64,000 nucleotides of DNA from the NCBI GenBank assembly GCA_043228905.1, contig JBHGNT010000014.1:7440001-7504000 (forward strand). Direction: 5' to 3'. Every line of letters starts with the position of its first letter. Position 1 is the first letter of the stretch. Below the pieces are notes generated by a model. That model was given only the letters and a program-made list of their open reading frames with translations. It made no database searches and was not told where the DNA came from. A program made the position numbers and the translations under genes. Of the stretch, positions 11,695 to 24,800 are shown piece after piece. Source of the DNA: Azolla caroliniana. Taxonomy: Eukaryota > Plantae > Polypodiophyta.

Positions 11695-14192
11695 TGGTAT
11701 CACAGTGTGACTGTTGAGACTCCTCTACACCCGACAAAAAAGCAAGTGAACAAGACAGAGACAAGTTTTCTCGTTTTTCGGAAAAGAAAAAGATAGGAAC
11801 ATGGAGAGAGGAATGGAAAGCTTGATAGGAGGAACTATGCATCTTGGTCATACAAGATGGAGCAGTACCTCCTCGGGCATGGTTAGTGGAGTTACGTCGA
11901 AGGAGCTAATGATGTAGCACTGGAGTTGACACACAGAGATTTTCCGGCCTAAGAACAAGCACAAAGAAAAGTTTTCTACTATTTTGCATCCTGTGTGAGC
12001 GATCAGCCTTTGAGCTACAATCGGGATGCCAGGACACCGAAGGATGCTTGGGGAAATCTGAAGAAGATTTTTGTCGCGAGCACCACATCCAGAAAACGTT
12101 GAGCAACATTTGACAAAGAGACATGTTGGTGGCTGACTACACCTCCAAGATCAAGGAGATCTGCAACTCTCTCGCCTTCATTAACGTGAACGTCGAGGAG
12201 GACGAAATGGTGCAGGTTTGCCTTGGAGAGTTGGCGTCGAATTTCGGAGCATTCCAAACAACGGTCTGCACGAGGGAGAATACGACTTCATTTTTCGAGC
12301 TACAATTGATGTTTCTCATAGAAGAAAACCACTCGGGTGCGTTGACGAGTACGCACACCGGCAACAAGATGTTGTACACGGAGGTGGATCGGTCTTGTGG
12401 TTGTGGTGGACGAGGCGGGTTTACACGTAACGGAAGCGGCTGACAAGGGTAGAACTTGAGGCATAATCAAAATGCCGATAACAGTTCCGCACCCTCCATG
12501 GGTAGGGGGAGTCAAGATCGCCAGAGAACTGTTAGTATTGTGTCTGGAAGGGCCACAGAGAGAGAGATTACTAGAAAAAGCAAGCCGATTCGAATAAGGC
12601 GGGATCAAGCCGAGGAGACGCGGATAGGCATTAGAGATCGCACTACGCCGAAGGCTTAGGGCGAGCCGAAGCGGGCCCAGCCTTCATGGTGAGGCACAAA
12701 GCCAACTCAATGGTGGTGAACACCTCAAGGTCGAATGAGGTGTGACATGTGGATTCAGGTGCGTTGAACCACATGACGAATCACAAGGAGTGGTTCTCAA
12801 CTCTAGAGAAGCAAGAGCAACCGGAGGTTATCGAAACTGGGGATGACACCCCTCACCCCATCGAACACATTGGAGATGTCCCTCTGAGCCATGTCGGCCA
12901 GAAGGGAATCATGAGGAATGTCTTGCATGTGCCCATAATGACCAATAACTTGGTGTTGGTCTGACAAATCGTTGACCAGCGCATGCAAGTTTGATTTACT
13001 CATCTCGGATACTTCATTGAAGAGGAAGGCAAGGTAATCACGCAAGGGCACCGAGAAGGGAGGATGTTCATCCTCGAAATGAATGACGTAGGCACCGCTA
13101 TGTTCGCCAAGAGGCAAGAAGTTGAACCGGACATCGACTTGTGGCACAAACGGTTCGGCTATGTCAACTTCCCCCGGCTTTGTGAGATGTAGAAGAAAAG
13201 GCTTGCCGAAATTCAATAGCTGAAATGGCCAGGTTTGCGACGCCTGCCAGTTAGGGAAGCATAACCGATTTCCGTTCCCAAATGAAAGAAATCGGAGTCG
13301 AAACAAGCTTGATTTGATTCATTCGGATGTATGGGGACCAATGCAAAACATGAGTATCGGTGGAAGTCATTACGTTATAACCTTCATCGAAGATTACAAT
13401 TGGCTCACTTGGGTGTGCCTAATCGAGAAGAAAAGTGAAGTCTTCTCTTGTTTCTTAAAGGTGAAGAGGCTTGCTGAACGGAAGACAGGCTGAAAAGTCA
13501 AGTGCCTAAGGATTGATGGCAGGAAAGACTACTTTTCTAACCAGTTCTCTAGTTATTTCCAAAAGGAAGGAATTCGACATCAATTCTCCTACGGATACAC
13601 GCCGCAACACAATGGCGTGGCCAAGAGGAATAATCGGACGATCGAAGAAGCGGTCAGGCCGATGCTTGAAGAGAAGCATATGCTGAAGTTTATTGGGTCA
13701 AAGCCGTCAGGATGGCGGTATACCTGCAGAATTAGACTTTTGCAAATTGAGGAGTGTCGCCACATGAGCTGTACTTCGGGAAGAAGCCGAATTTGGCATA
13801 GTTTAGGGTTTTTGGTAGCGTTGCATATGTGCATGTGCCAAAGGAAAAGCAGATGAAGTGGGCATGGCACGAAAGCCGAAAAATGTATCTTGGTCAGCTA
13901 CTTGGATGAGCAGATGGGTTATAACTGTTATAACCCTAGCATGAAAGAAGTCTAAGTAAGCTGAGATGCCGGTTTCGACAAATTGACTTCATGGTACGTG
14001 CCTCCAACTCCCATCCACTCCATTCCGAATTCTGAGGATGAGGCAAGTGAGGCCGAGATGCCTCTTAATGAAGATGAAATCGAAACTCTAGAAGAGATTC
14101 GATCTCATTTCGGCTGAGTGGGCCGAATGAGCGACTGAGTCGAACAAACTGTTAGGAAACAGGTCACTCCGGATGGGAAGTGAGAAGAACAG
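11246..14192 (+). mobile_element. Copia family A copy A3 (5' LTR, gag, PR, INT), truncated
   Basis: LTR plus PBS, gag homologous to 2288-3141, DSGALNHMT protease, LIHSDVWGP and YTPQHNGVAKR integrase. Confidence 0.85.
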
Positions 14193-14206
14193 TGTTGAAT
14201 CCGAAT

Positions 14207-14486
14207 GTGGAGTACCCGGCAATGAAAGACCCGATGAGAACCGGATGTGGAGTACCCGGCAAAGGAAGACCCGGTAAGAACCGGATGTGGAGTACCCCGG
14301 CAACGGAAGACCCGGTGAGAACCGGATTACGAGTACCCGGCAACAGAAGACCCAGTAAGAACCGGATGTGGAGTACCTGGCAACGAAAGACCCGGTGAGA
14401 ACCGGATTACGAATACCCGGCAACGGAAGACCCGATGAGAACCGGATGACGAGTACTCGACAAGGAAGACCCGGTAAGAACCGGAT
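14207..14486 (+). repeat. Tandem array of 7 x ~40 bp in the LTR U3
   Basis: Unit GTGGAGTACCCGGCAACGGAAGACCCGGTRAGAACCGGAT repeated head-to-tail. Confidence 0.9.
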
Positions 14487-14663
14487 GTTGCAGGCCCGGT
14501 CACAACCTCTCATCAGATGGAAGGGACATATATGTAAATATGTTCTAGAGAGCCCACTGGGCTATATTTGTAAATAGCCCAAAAGTCATATTAGTATAAA
14601 TATGACCTAGGGCAAACTTAATAGATGATGATAGAGTTATTGGTGTAACTTCTGTATAGTGCG

Positions 14664-14666
<3 letters not shown>

Positions 14667-14742
<76 letters not shown>
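14667..14742. repeat. (AG)n microsatellite
   Basis: Perfect dinucleotide run. Confidence 0.95.
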
Positions 14743-14745
<3 letters not shown>

Positions 14746-15033
14746 TATACAGAGATTGTGTCTCTGTTGTAAGCGCCGCGAGGCGAAGATTGTGAGCAAG
14801 AAGAGGTCGTTGCCTCTGTGCTCCCTGTTGTATTACTTTACATAGTGATAGTTTGGAGTCTGTAGACTCCCGTGGTATTTCCCTCTCAGGGTTTTCCACG
14901 TTAATATCCTGTGTATTCTTTTTTCCTGTTCGTGCACTTACCTCCATTCCCATTTCTTCTGTGTTTGATTGTTATAAAGTGATTTACCCTTTGGTTGTCG
15001 CCAGAGATTATTCCGCGTAAAGCCCTATCAAAC

Positions 15034-15045
15034 TGGTATCAGAGC
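15034..15045 (+). promoter_or_regulatory. PBS, tRNA-iMet
   Basis: TGGTATCAGAGC 3 nt after the LTR. Confidence 0.9.
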
Positions 15046-17970
15046 GAAACGACACAGACAAACGGACGATTCGTTGGGAGGCATGTTCAAGCTCACCGAC
15101 TCTAACTATTCCGTGTGGAAGTCGAAGATGAGGGACATGCTCGTGGTTAAAGACCTTTGGTTGCCGGTTTAGTTCAGGGACAAGAGACCGGACAAAATCG
15201 ATGCCACGATATGGGAGGTGATGCACATGAAGACAACGACATACATACGGTGCTTCATCGACATGATTCTATACAATAACTTCAATGAAGAGAGCAAGGC
15301 TCATGAGCTCTAGGAGAAGATCGGCATTATGTTTCAGAACAAAAATGTTGTTAATCAGGTTTCAGTATTTCGGAAGCTAGTAAGACTCCGGTACCAAGAT
15401 GGCTCTAGCATGGCGGAGCACATGAATGCCTTCCAGGGGCTAATCCACCAGGAAACATCATTGGAAGTACCTCTCGCCAATGAGGTACTAGCACTACTCC
15501 TACTTGGTTCCCTCCCAGATAGCTGGGAGATGTTGGTTGTCACTTTGGGCAATGCCGGGCCGGAAGGGAAACGGTTATCCCTAGAAAGAGTGAAGTCGAG
15601 CTTGCTAGATGAGGAGGCGCGTTGGAAAGATAAGGATACGAGCTCCGACTCCAAAGCACTCCTTATCGAATTGGAACGCGGAAGACAAAGGAACTATAGT
15701 CCCTAGAATCGGGAGAAGTTGGGGACACGGTCAAAGTCAAGGGGGAGGCCTACCTGCTTCTATTGCGGCAAGCCGGGACACTTCCAGAAGAACTGTTGGC
15801 ACTTCCGAAAAGATAAGGAAACCGACGGTACCGATTCGAAGCGGACACCGGACCAGAACGGCAAAGACCGGAGGGGGACGAATTGGAAGGGAACGACGGC
15901 AATCGCGGCAAGTGAAGAAGAGTTGATGCTCATCACCGAGGAGAGTGAGTTGAACCTTGCCGGCGACGAGACAACGTGGGTTGTTGATTCCGGAGCGTCG
16001 TTCCACCTTACCCCGGATCGTAAATACTTCTCATCCTACACAACCGGTGATCACGGTTGTGTCCGGATGGGGAATGAAGGTACATGCCGAATTGTCGGCA
16101 TAGGAGACGTGTGGTTGACAACACCAACCGGATGCACATTGCTGCTGAAGGATGTCCGACACGTTCCGGAGGTTCGACTGAACCTAATATCAGCTGGTCG
16201 GTTAGATGATGAAGGCTACACGGGTAGCATCCGGAACGGTGTTATGAAGTTTAGCAAAGGGAGCTTGATTGTTGCTCGGGCCCGGAAGGTCAACACACTG
16301 TACCTGATGAATGCCCGGTTATGCCCGGAAGAAGTGAGCGTAGCGTGGCTTCCGATACTGCCGGTGAGCTATGGCACAAGAGATTGTGTCACATGAGCGT
16401 GAAGGGGATGAAGAGGCTTGCCGATGACAACCTCATTCCAGTGAAGAACGTGCATCTTGAGAGGTGCACTGACTGCCTAGCCGGTAAACAAAACCGGACC
16501 TCCTTCTGATCGAGGCCACCGATGAGACGTAATGCACCATTGGAGTTGGTGCATACTGATGTGTGTCAAGTGGACACGAAGTCACATGCCAGATCGCAGT
16601 ACTTCATGACGTTCATAGATGACCACAGCTGGAAGCTGTGGGCCACACCGTTGAAGACGAAGGATCGGGTGCTATCCGTCTTCAAAGAACTCCACGCGAG
16701 AGTGGAAAGAGAAACCGGCTGGAAGCTGAAGGCAGTTTGAGCAGATAACGAAGGAGAATACCAGGGGCAGTTCGAGGAGTACTGCCGCTCGAAGGGAATC
16801 CGGCTCGAATTTACTGTGCCGAAGACGTCGAAACTAAACGGGCTGGTTGAGAGGATGAACCGGACCATAATGGTGAGGGTCCGGAGTATGCTGGCGCATG
16901 CAAAACTACCCAAAAAGTTTTGGGCTGAGGCATTGTCGATGGTGACATATGTGATAAACAGATCACCCTCAGTACCCTTGGACGGAGACACGCCACAGAG
17001 AGTCTAGACCAGTAAGGTAGTGTCCTACCGGCATCTGAAGGTATTCGGGTGTCTTGCGTATGTACATGTAGCTAAGGACCGGAGAGAAAAATTAGATCCG
17101 AAGACCCGGCCATGCATATTCCTCGGTAACGGCAACGATGAGTTCGGCTACCGGGTGTGGGACCTGGCCGACAAGAAGGTATTCCGGAGTCGAGATATTA
17201 TCTTCATGGAGGACAAGACGCTCGTTGACTGGGAGTCGAAGAAGAAGATAATGAACTCCGAGTCGACCGGTAAGGATTGATTCTACGATGAGCAAACCCA
17301 ACCGACAAGAGACCGGTTAGCACTCGATGAACTGGCCAGTGACGGTAAGGAGACAAGACAGGCCGAAGAAGAAGTAATAGTTGAAACCGGAACCAGCCAA
17401 GACCCCGAATCGGATTCGGATGAAGAACAAATAGAGGAGCCGGTTGCCGAAAGCCAAAGACGGAGATATCCTCTTAGAGAGAGAAGGGCCCCCTAGAGAT
17501 TTCCAGATGCATAGCATGTGCTCCTAACCGATGAGGGGGAGCCAGAAAGCTTCAAGGAAGCTAAATGTGATGCCCATAGCCGCAAATGATTAAGTGCCAT
17601 GCAGGATGAGATGGATTCCCTGCATGAGAACCATACGTACGAATTGGTGGATTTGCCGAAAGGAAAGTGGGCACTCTGAAACAAGTGGGTGTAGAAGTTG
17701 AAACCGGGAGATGGCAGCAACCCCCTAAGATACAAAGCCAGGATCGTGGTGAAGGGGTTCCAATAGAAGAAGGGCGTGGACTTCGACGAGATATTTGCCC
17801 CAGTAGTAAAGATGACCTCCATCCGGACGGAGCTGAGTATAGCGGCAAGCATGGACCTCGAGGTAGAGTAGCTGGACGTGAAGACGACATTCCTTCATGG
17901 TGACCTCGAAGAGGAGATCTACATGCAGCAACCAGAAGGATTCCTGGAGAAAGGGAAGGAGCATTTGGTG

Positions 17971-20180
17971 GGAAGGCAAACTCCCATATTCTTCTCTATC
18001 TGTGTGGGACCTTTAAAGCACCCATTAAATCCTACACCCTAGTACTTACTGGTCCTATGCCATTTACATGTTTTCATACATAAAGCTAAAATTTTGTCCA
18101 CATCCATGTAAACACCCATTCCGGCGCGTCCGGCTCCGTTTCCCTCTATGACCGGAATTCTCCACGACATCCATCCCCACCAAACCGCTCATCCTCCAGC
18201 ATGTGCCATGTAGTGTAGCGGTGGGGATTCCCGCCCTTCATTACTCGTTCTCCTCCACATTGTCACCTGTTGGTCCTCGTCCGACTCCTCGCTAGCGCTC
18301 CCGTCTTGGATCTCTAGATCCGGTTCTGCTTCATTCCATTTCTTGAAGGCCATGATTCTTTTTCCCACGACTGGAACTAAGATTCTTGTCCCGTTGAGCT
18401 CCGCAAGGTGGTAAGTCGCATTGTCGTTTGCGCTCGTCACCAGGGCCCAAACCATCGCCTAGTGAATTTCCGGGTCGACCGCTGTTGGTTGTCGAGGTTG
18501 ATGTCGTAGAACGACACCCAGTCTCTTCCTCGATTTTCATCGGCATGAGCCGGTGTGTCCAGTCGAACTGGCCCTTGTTCTTCTCCGTGTTTTTTGTAGT
18601 TATGCCTTCGCTCATGCCATGTCCTCTGGCTTTCTTTCGAGTTGACGGATCCATGCCGCCAACAGCTCCTCCCGGCTCATCTCCTCTGACCAGTCGACTG
18701 CCAACCATGAAGAGATCATCCTCTCCATTGGCATGATTGGTTTCTGTCCAAACATAAGCTCGGTCGGCATGTATCCGGTCACCGAACTGTGCGTAGTTTG
18801 GTTGGCCCATTGTAAGTAAGGTAGGAGCCTCGGCTAGTTTCCCACTTGACCCTCGCATGCTTGTACTATGAATGGCCTTCTCAATCGGCCCGTGCCCGCG
18901 CTCGACCTTCCTATTGGCTTCCGGATTGTATGACGTGGTGAGTGAAAGTTTGTGCCCTACTCGGTCGAACAAATCCTCAACTTGCGCATGTAGTTCCCCT
19001 CGTCGGCCATGATCTTACCCACACACCTGTACCGGAAAATTACATCCTCGATTAGGAACAGGCATACGGTTGCGGTTGTCTTGTTCGCCAACACTCGACC
19101 TTCCACCTGGTTTGTCAAGTCTTCCCTCACAAGCACTAGGTACCACATCTATCCCTCACAAGCACTAGGTACCACATCTATCCCTCACAAGCACTAGGTC
19201 GGGTATGGCTGGAAGGTAGGTCGGGTGTAACTCATCTCGGTGCCGGATTCCGGAATGCATTTGGCAACTCTCACATGTCGTTACAAAATTGTGCACGTCC
19301 CAGTACATCCCGACCACCAATACTTCTCCTTTAGTTTCTCGAATGTGGCCCACGTTCCCCAGTGTCCATACCAGGGGTTCTCGTGAAACTTCAACAGGAG
19401 CGCCGATTGTTCTTCCTTCTTTGCCCCCACCCGAAACAGTGTGTCAGTCCGTTTCTTTGGGTGCTTCCATATTTTACCGTTCCGTAAGAGGAACGGGTAA
19501 GCCTTCTTCCGGATCCGGCTCATTTCTTCCTTCGTCCATGTGGCGTCCGGCGACATCATGCTTAGGAACCGTCCCATTCAAAGCCACTCCCCGTCGTAGT
19601 CAGTTCCGTAAAACTCGCTCAAGGCCGGAGTGCCCCGTCAGCTCGCCCTCGCTCAAGCCGACTCGAAGAAGTCCACGCCGACCTCTTCGTCTTCCGACAT
19701 CATGTTGTCCTCATCCTCAAATCGTGCTCTTGAGAGCATATCGGCCAAGGTGTTGTCCTTTCCGGAGATATGTCGTATATCCGGATTCAGGCACTTCATG
19801 TATGCGATCGACCTGAGTATTGTGAGGTTCGGATTCGCGCATCCGGAAAACATATTGAGGATCGGTAGGTAGTCTGTCTCGATTACCACTTCCGTCCCGA
19901 TCAAGTAGTCATTATCGGTCTTAACCGCCGAAACGACACCCCTTAGTTCGTGTTTAACCTGGATGTATCCTTGTGGCCACTCGCTCAACACCTTCGCACC
20001 GAACCGGATGGGGAACCGTGTGCTGACCTCGTAATCTTGACTAATCACCCACCCGATTCCGATCGGACCTGTATCCACCGTTACATAAACTAGAGTGTTT
20101 GCCTTGTATACTGCCTTCCGTAGAGCTGGTGCTGCCATCAGCCTCTCCTTCAATTTCCACACCGCCTCCGTGTGCTCCAA
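17971..20180 (-). mobile_element. Remnant W0 of the tRNA-Trp-clade gypsy: RNaseH-INT, PPT and partial 3' LTR (17971-18169)
   Basis: VTVDTGPIGIGWVI RNaseH, LVREDLTNQVEGR and YNPEANRKVERGH integrase, all homologous to 53567-55558; the LTR begins TGTCGTGGAG. Confidence 0.85.
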
Positions 20181-20697
20181 GATGACGATGTGTATGTAGG
20201 AGTCGAGGAAACTAATGTCACATTTGAGAAAATCGAAGATTTTTATACTTCAGAAGAAGATAGATGTCAAGAAGAAGAATAAGAAGAGTATTACATTATT
20301 ATTATTATTGATGATGATGATCTCCAAACTGACCCCCCGTTTACACAAGCCCTACTAGGGGGTTTTGTAGGTTTTTCCATGGACAAAACCATGGGCTTGG
20401 AGCCTTGGTTTCTGCGCACACAGTTTTGCTTTGTGACATGCATGAAACCATCTTAAAACCATGGTTTTGTGCACACGGTTTTGTATTGTTGTTTCGTATG
20501 TAATTTGAATATGAAAAGTAAATACATAAAGTTTTAAGTGTATGATAAAAATCCTAGTGCTGAATCAATTCTCTTCTACATTAAAGGTATAAGGTTCAAA
20601 TCTTTCCTGCACCCCTCTCTATACGCACTCAATCTCACTAGGCCCTAGGTTTATTTTTATATTTTGTGTCATGAACACCTAAACATACATCACACGT
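20181..20697 (-). repeat. LTR remnant related to the element E LTR (left part; continues at 27889-28013)
   Basis: 20330-20670 aligns by eye with 35470-35820 (CCCCC..TTACACAAGCC, AAAACCATGG arrays, AAGGTTCAAATCTT); split by element C. Confidence 0.7.
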
Positions 20698-21326
20698 TGT
20701 CGTGTTGTTACGCTCACGCGTATGAAATAAGGCGGGACCACGGGGGCCCTGAACCGAGGAGCGTGAGGGAGCAGAGGGAGAGAGATTTATAGGAACGCAA
20801 GGAGACAGAAATGAAAGAATCAATTCCAATAACAATATACATTACAAAGCTTGCAATGTTACAACCGGTCAGCCGGTGACAAACTCAACATATACGAACA
20901 CACGCGCTGAAATACGTGGTGGAGCCTCTACCGGAAGCACGTGCGCTTACATGCAGCAGAGGTAGCCAACCTAACCCACAATCCCTACAAAAATAATAAT
21001 GATGGTGGAGGAGAGAGCTCGGTTCCCAGTCCGACAACACTTCGTCCTCTCAAAACGCGCAATCCCCACTCAGCCTCTTTCCCTCTCCATTTATAGCACG
21101 AGGAGAGAGAGAGCCATTACAGACCTGTTAGATCACTTTTATTTTCTGTCCTTTCGGACAAAGATCCTCTTCGATTCCCTACCTAATGAATTCGTGATAC
21201 CTATGATAGTTACATCGCCGACCTGTACTTAACTATGTAAACATATCAAAACATGTCTCCATGTGTAAGGGCCGGTTCATGCACACTATCCATTGATTCC
21301 TCCTAGGGACGGTTTTCTCCATGACA
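20698..21326 (-). repeat. 3' LTR of element C
   Basis: Direct repeat of 27298-27888 with TG/CA ends. Confidence 0.9.
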
Positions 21327-21456
21327 TCCGCCCCCACATAACCGCGGATCCTCTGGTATGCGCCCGAATAGACTTCTGCCGGAGAAGACTGGCCCGCGAT
21401 TATCTTCGCTCTCCGGTTCGCCACCTGCTCCGAACCGGTCATCATCATCATCCTCG

Positions 21457-21898
21457 CTCCCCGGGTTCGGCTCGTCCTCATGCCACTTCTTGAACGCCTT
21501 GATCTGCTTCCCGGGCACTGGCACAACTATTCTCGTTCCGTCGAGCTCCGCGAGATGGTAGGTGCCGTTGCCATTGGCGCTTGTCACCGCGTAAGGCCTG
21601 AACCTCCCCGGGTCGGGCTCGTCCTCATGCCGCTTCTTGAATGCCTTGATCTGCTTCCCAGCCACTGGCACAACTATTCTCGTTCCGTCGAGCTCCGCGA
21701 GATGGTAGGTGTCGTTGCCATTGGCGCTTATCACCGCGTAAGGCCTGAACCTCCCCGGGTCCGGCTTGTCCTCGTGCCGCTTCTTGAACGCCTTGATCTG
21801 CTTCCCGGCCACTGGCACAACTATTCTCGTTCCGTCGAGCTCCGCGAGATGGTAGGTGTCGTTGCCATTGGCGCTTGTCACCGCGTAAGGCCTGAACC
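21457..21898 (-). repeat. In-frame 3 x 147 bp tandem repeat in the integrase C-terminus
   Basis: FRPYAVTSANGNDTYHLAELDGTRIVVPVAGKQIKAFKKRHED.PDPGR occurs three times. Confidence 0.92.
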
Positions 21899-24800
21899 AC
21901 ATCCTCGCAAACTTCCGCAAACTTCGAGGCTGTTGTCGTACACTAGAACCCATTCGCCTTCCTCAATTTTCTTTGGTCGTTGTTGGTGAGTTCGGTTGAA
22001 TCGCCCCTTGTTCGTTGCCCTTGCCGCACGCAGCTTCGCCGTTGCTCGTTCTACATCCTCTGGTCTTGGCTCAAGCTGTTGGATTCGCGCGGCTAACAAC
22101 TCCTCCCAGCTCATCTCATCTTTCCAATCCACCACGGCCCACGAGGAGATCGTTCTCTCCGTCGGCATGATCGGTTTTTGCCCTTAGATCAGCTCCGCCG
22201 GCATGAACCTGGTCACCGAACTGTGCATAGTTTGATCTGCCCACAACGCGTAGGGTAGGAGCCGCGGCCAATTCCCGACTTGGCCTCCGCAGGCCCATAC
22301 CAACGCCTTTACGATTGGCTCGTGTCCATGTTCCACCTTCCCATTTGCCTCCGGATTGTATGCCGTGGTGAGTGAGAGTTTAACCCCTCACCTTTCAAAC
22401 AACTCTTCGGCCTCTTGTGCATCCAGTTCTCCATGGTCTGCTATGATCTTTCCTACGCACCCGTACCGACATACCACTTCCTCGATTAGGAACTGGTACA
22501 CGGCCACGGTCGTCTTGTTTGGTAATGCTTGGCCCTCCACCTGGTTCGTCAGATCCTCTCGTGCCAGCACCAGGTATCGCATCTGCCCTACTCCCATCGG
22601 CATCGTCACCAAATCCACCATCCACTTGAAGTGGACGGTCGGCGAGTAAGTCGGGTGCAACTCGTCCTGATGTCGGACTATGGAATGCATCTGATAGCTT
22701 TCGCAAGTTGTTATGAACTAATGCACGTCCCGGTATAGTCCCGGCCACTAGTATTTCTCCTTCAGCTTCTCGAACGTGGCCCATGTCCCTCGATGTTCGG
22801 CCCAAGGACTCTCGTGGCACGCCATTAACAATGTTTCCTGCTCCTCCTTCCTTGCCACCACCCGGAGTGGGACTCCGTCTTGCTTCTTCAGGTGCTTCCA
22901 TATGCTTCCGTCCCGTAGGAAGAATTGGTACTCTTTCTTCCCTTGTCCACACCGCTTTCGGTGTCATCGTCTTCAGGAAGCCACCGATCTGGAGTCACTC
23001 CCCGTCATCTTGCTCTCATCGAATTCCTTAAGCACCGAAGTGCTCCCTGCCCTCATCGCTATGTGAGCCGACTCGAAGAAGTCCTCACCAACTTCTTCGT
23101 TCTCTGAAACCATGCCATCTTCGTTTTCGAACCGTGCTCTTGAAAGCATATCGGCCATGGTGTTGTCTTTACTGGAGATGTGTCGTATCTCCGGATTTAG
23201 GGACTTGATGTATGTGATCCACCTGAGCATTGCCAGGTCCGGAGTCGCGCATCCAGAAACCATACCGAGAATTGGTAGACAGTCCGTCTCAATTATTACT
23301 TCTGTCCCGATTCTTTGTCGGCCTTGACTGCCGAAACGATACCCCATATTTCACGCTTGACTTGGGCGTATCCTTGCTGTCACTCGCTCAATACCTTCGC
23401 CTCGAACCAGATCGAGAACTGCACGCCACTCTCGTCCTCCTGATTGATCACCCATCCGATCCCGGTCTGGCTTGTGTCTACAGTTACGTAGACGGAGACC
23501 TCCTTGCTGTAGACCGCTTTTCGGAGAGCTGGCGCCGCGGTAAATGCCTCTTTTAATCTCTGGACCGATTCCATATGTTCGTCACTCCATTCGAAATTTC
23601 GCCCTTTCTTTAGCAACCCGTACAACGGTTCCGCGACGTGTGCGTAGTGCAGGATCCAAATGTGATAGAACGCGCACACCCCGAGAAATCTCCGCACCTC
23701 TGTAATCGTCCTACATTCTTCCTTCATCACGGAGTCAGTTTGCCGGAGATGGCCTCTACCTTTGCCGGAGTCAGTTTCCGGCCGTAAGGCCCACACAAGT
23801 GACTGACCACAAGGATCTCCGCCTGCCCGAAAGACGACTTCTCTCCAGAGAGGGTGAGTCGTGCACCCTCTAGTCTTTGCAGCACCTTCTCGAAGTCATC
23901 AATGTGGTACGCCACGAATCTTCGGCATCCAACCAGCCCAACTGTTTCATCCTTATCCTCCACCGGGCATCCCTTTATCGGTATATCGTCTAGAAATGGC
24001 ATGGTGATGTCCAGGATGCAGTCCCTCAGCACCTTGTTCATCTCATTCACCATGTGCGCCACTGAATTTGTCCCTCCCTACGGTAGGGTACACATCCGCA
24101 CTAAGCCGAGAGGTGTCCGCATCGTCGTGACATCCCTGCTCTCCTCGGCTAGTTGGAACTGGTCATACCCCACCCAAGTATAGGTCACCGACCGAATAGA
24201 TCGACCTTCTGGCGAAGGCCTATGCAAACTCGTCTATCTTCGGTCCGATTTCTGTGTTCCGAATGGTCTCTTTGTTGACCGGCTGAAGGTCTTGAATGAA
24301 GCGCAATGTGCCGTTCTTCTTAGGCACGGTAAACCACTGATTCAAGTATGGGGCACTCAATGGTGCGAGGATGCCCATCTCCACCTTCTGTTTCAGCAGC
24401 TCCACCAGCTTCGGGATGTGAGCTCTGGGTACTGGAATCGGTTTGAGATTCCACTGCACATGCGGTACCGTGAAGATAACCATCGGCACAACGACCGTCG
24501 GGTCCGCGCACCCAATCTCTTTCGGCGAGAATGCGAAGGCCTTTCCGAGACTTTCGAGCATTCTGCGAAACCGTTCCTCCTCCGCCGACAGTAGAAAGCC
24601 ACCCCCACCAACCTTGAGCTCCCGTAGCGTTATGTTGGTGAACCGGTGTCCTATGCCGGCCGGATCCCGTAGACTTGGGTCCAACGTGACCCCTTTCATC
24701 CGTAACCCACTGCCCTCCGGCAAGGGTGCCACGACTGTCCTCACCTTCTGGTCCACAGTCTTGTACTTCGTATGCACATGGGCCGTTTGATCCAACTCGA

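Larger units (their letters stand above)
14193..15030 (+). repeat. 5' LTR of copia B1
   Basis: TGTTG...TATCA, TATAAATA box near 14595, (AG)n at 14667-14742; homologous to 43072-43577. Confidence 0.8.
14193..17970 (+). mobile_element. Copia family B (Tnt1/Tork-like) copy B1, 3'-truncated
   Basis: LTR, PBS, zinc knuckle CFYCGKPGHFQKNC, WVVDSGASFH protease, LELVHTDVC integrase, RT start [13 protein letters not shown]. Confidence 0.9.

Noticed and set aside
14207-14486. CRISPR-like array
   Set aside because: The units are contiguous with no unique spacers, there are no cas genes, and the array lies inside a eukaryotic LTR.
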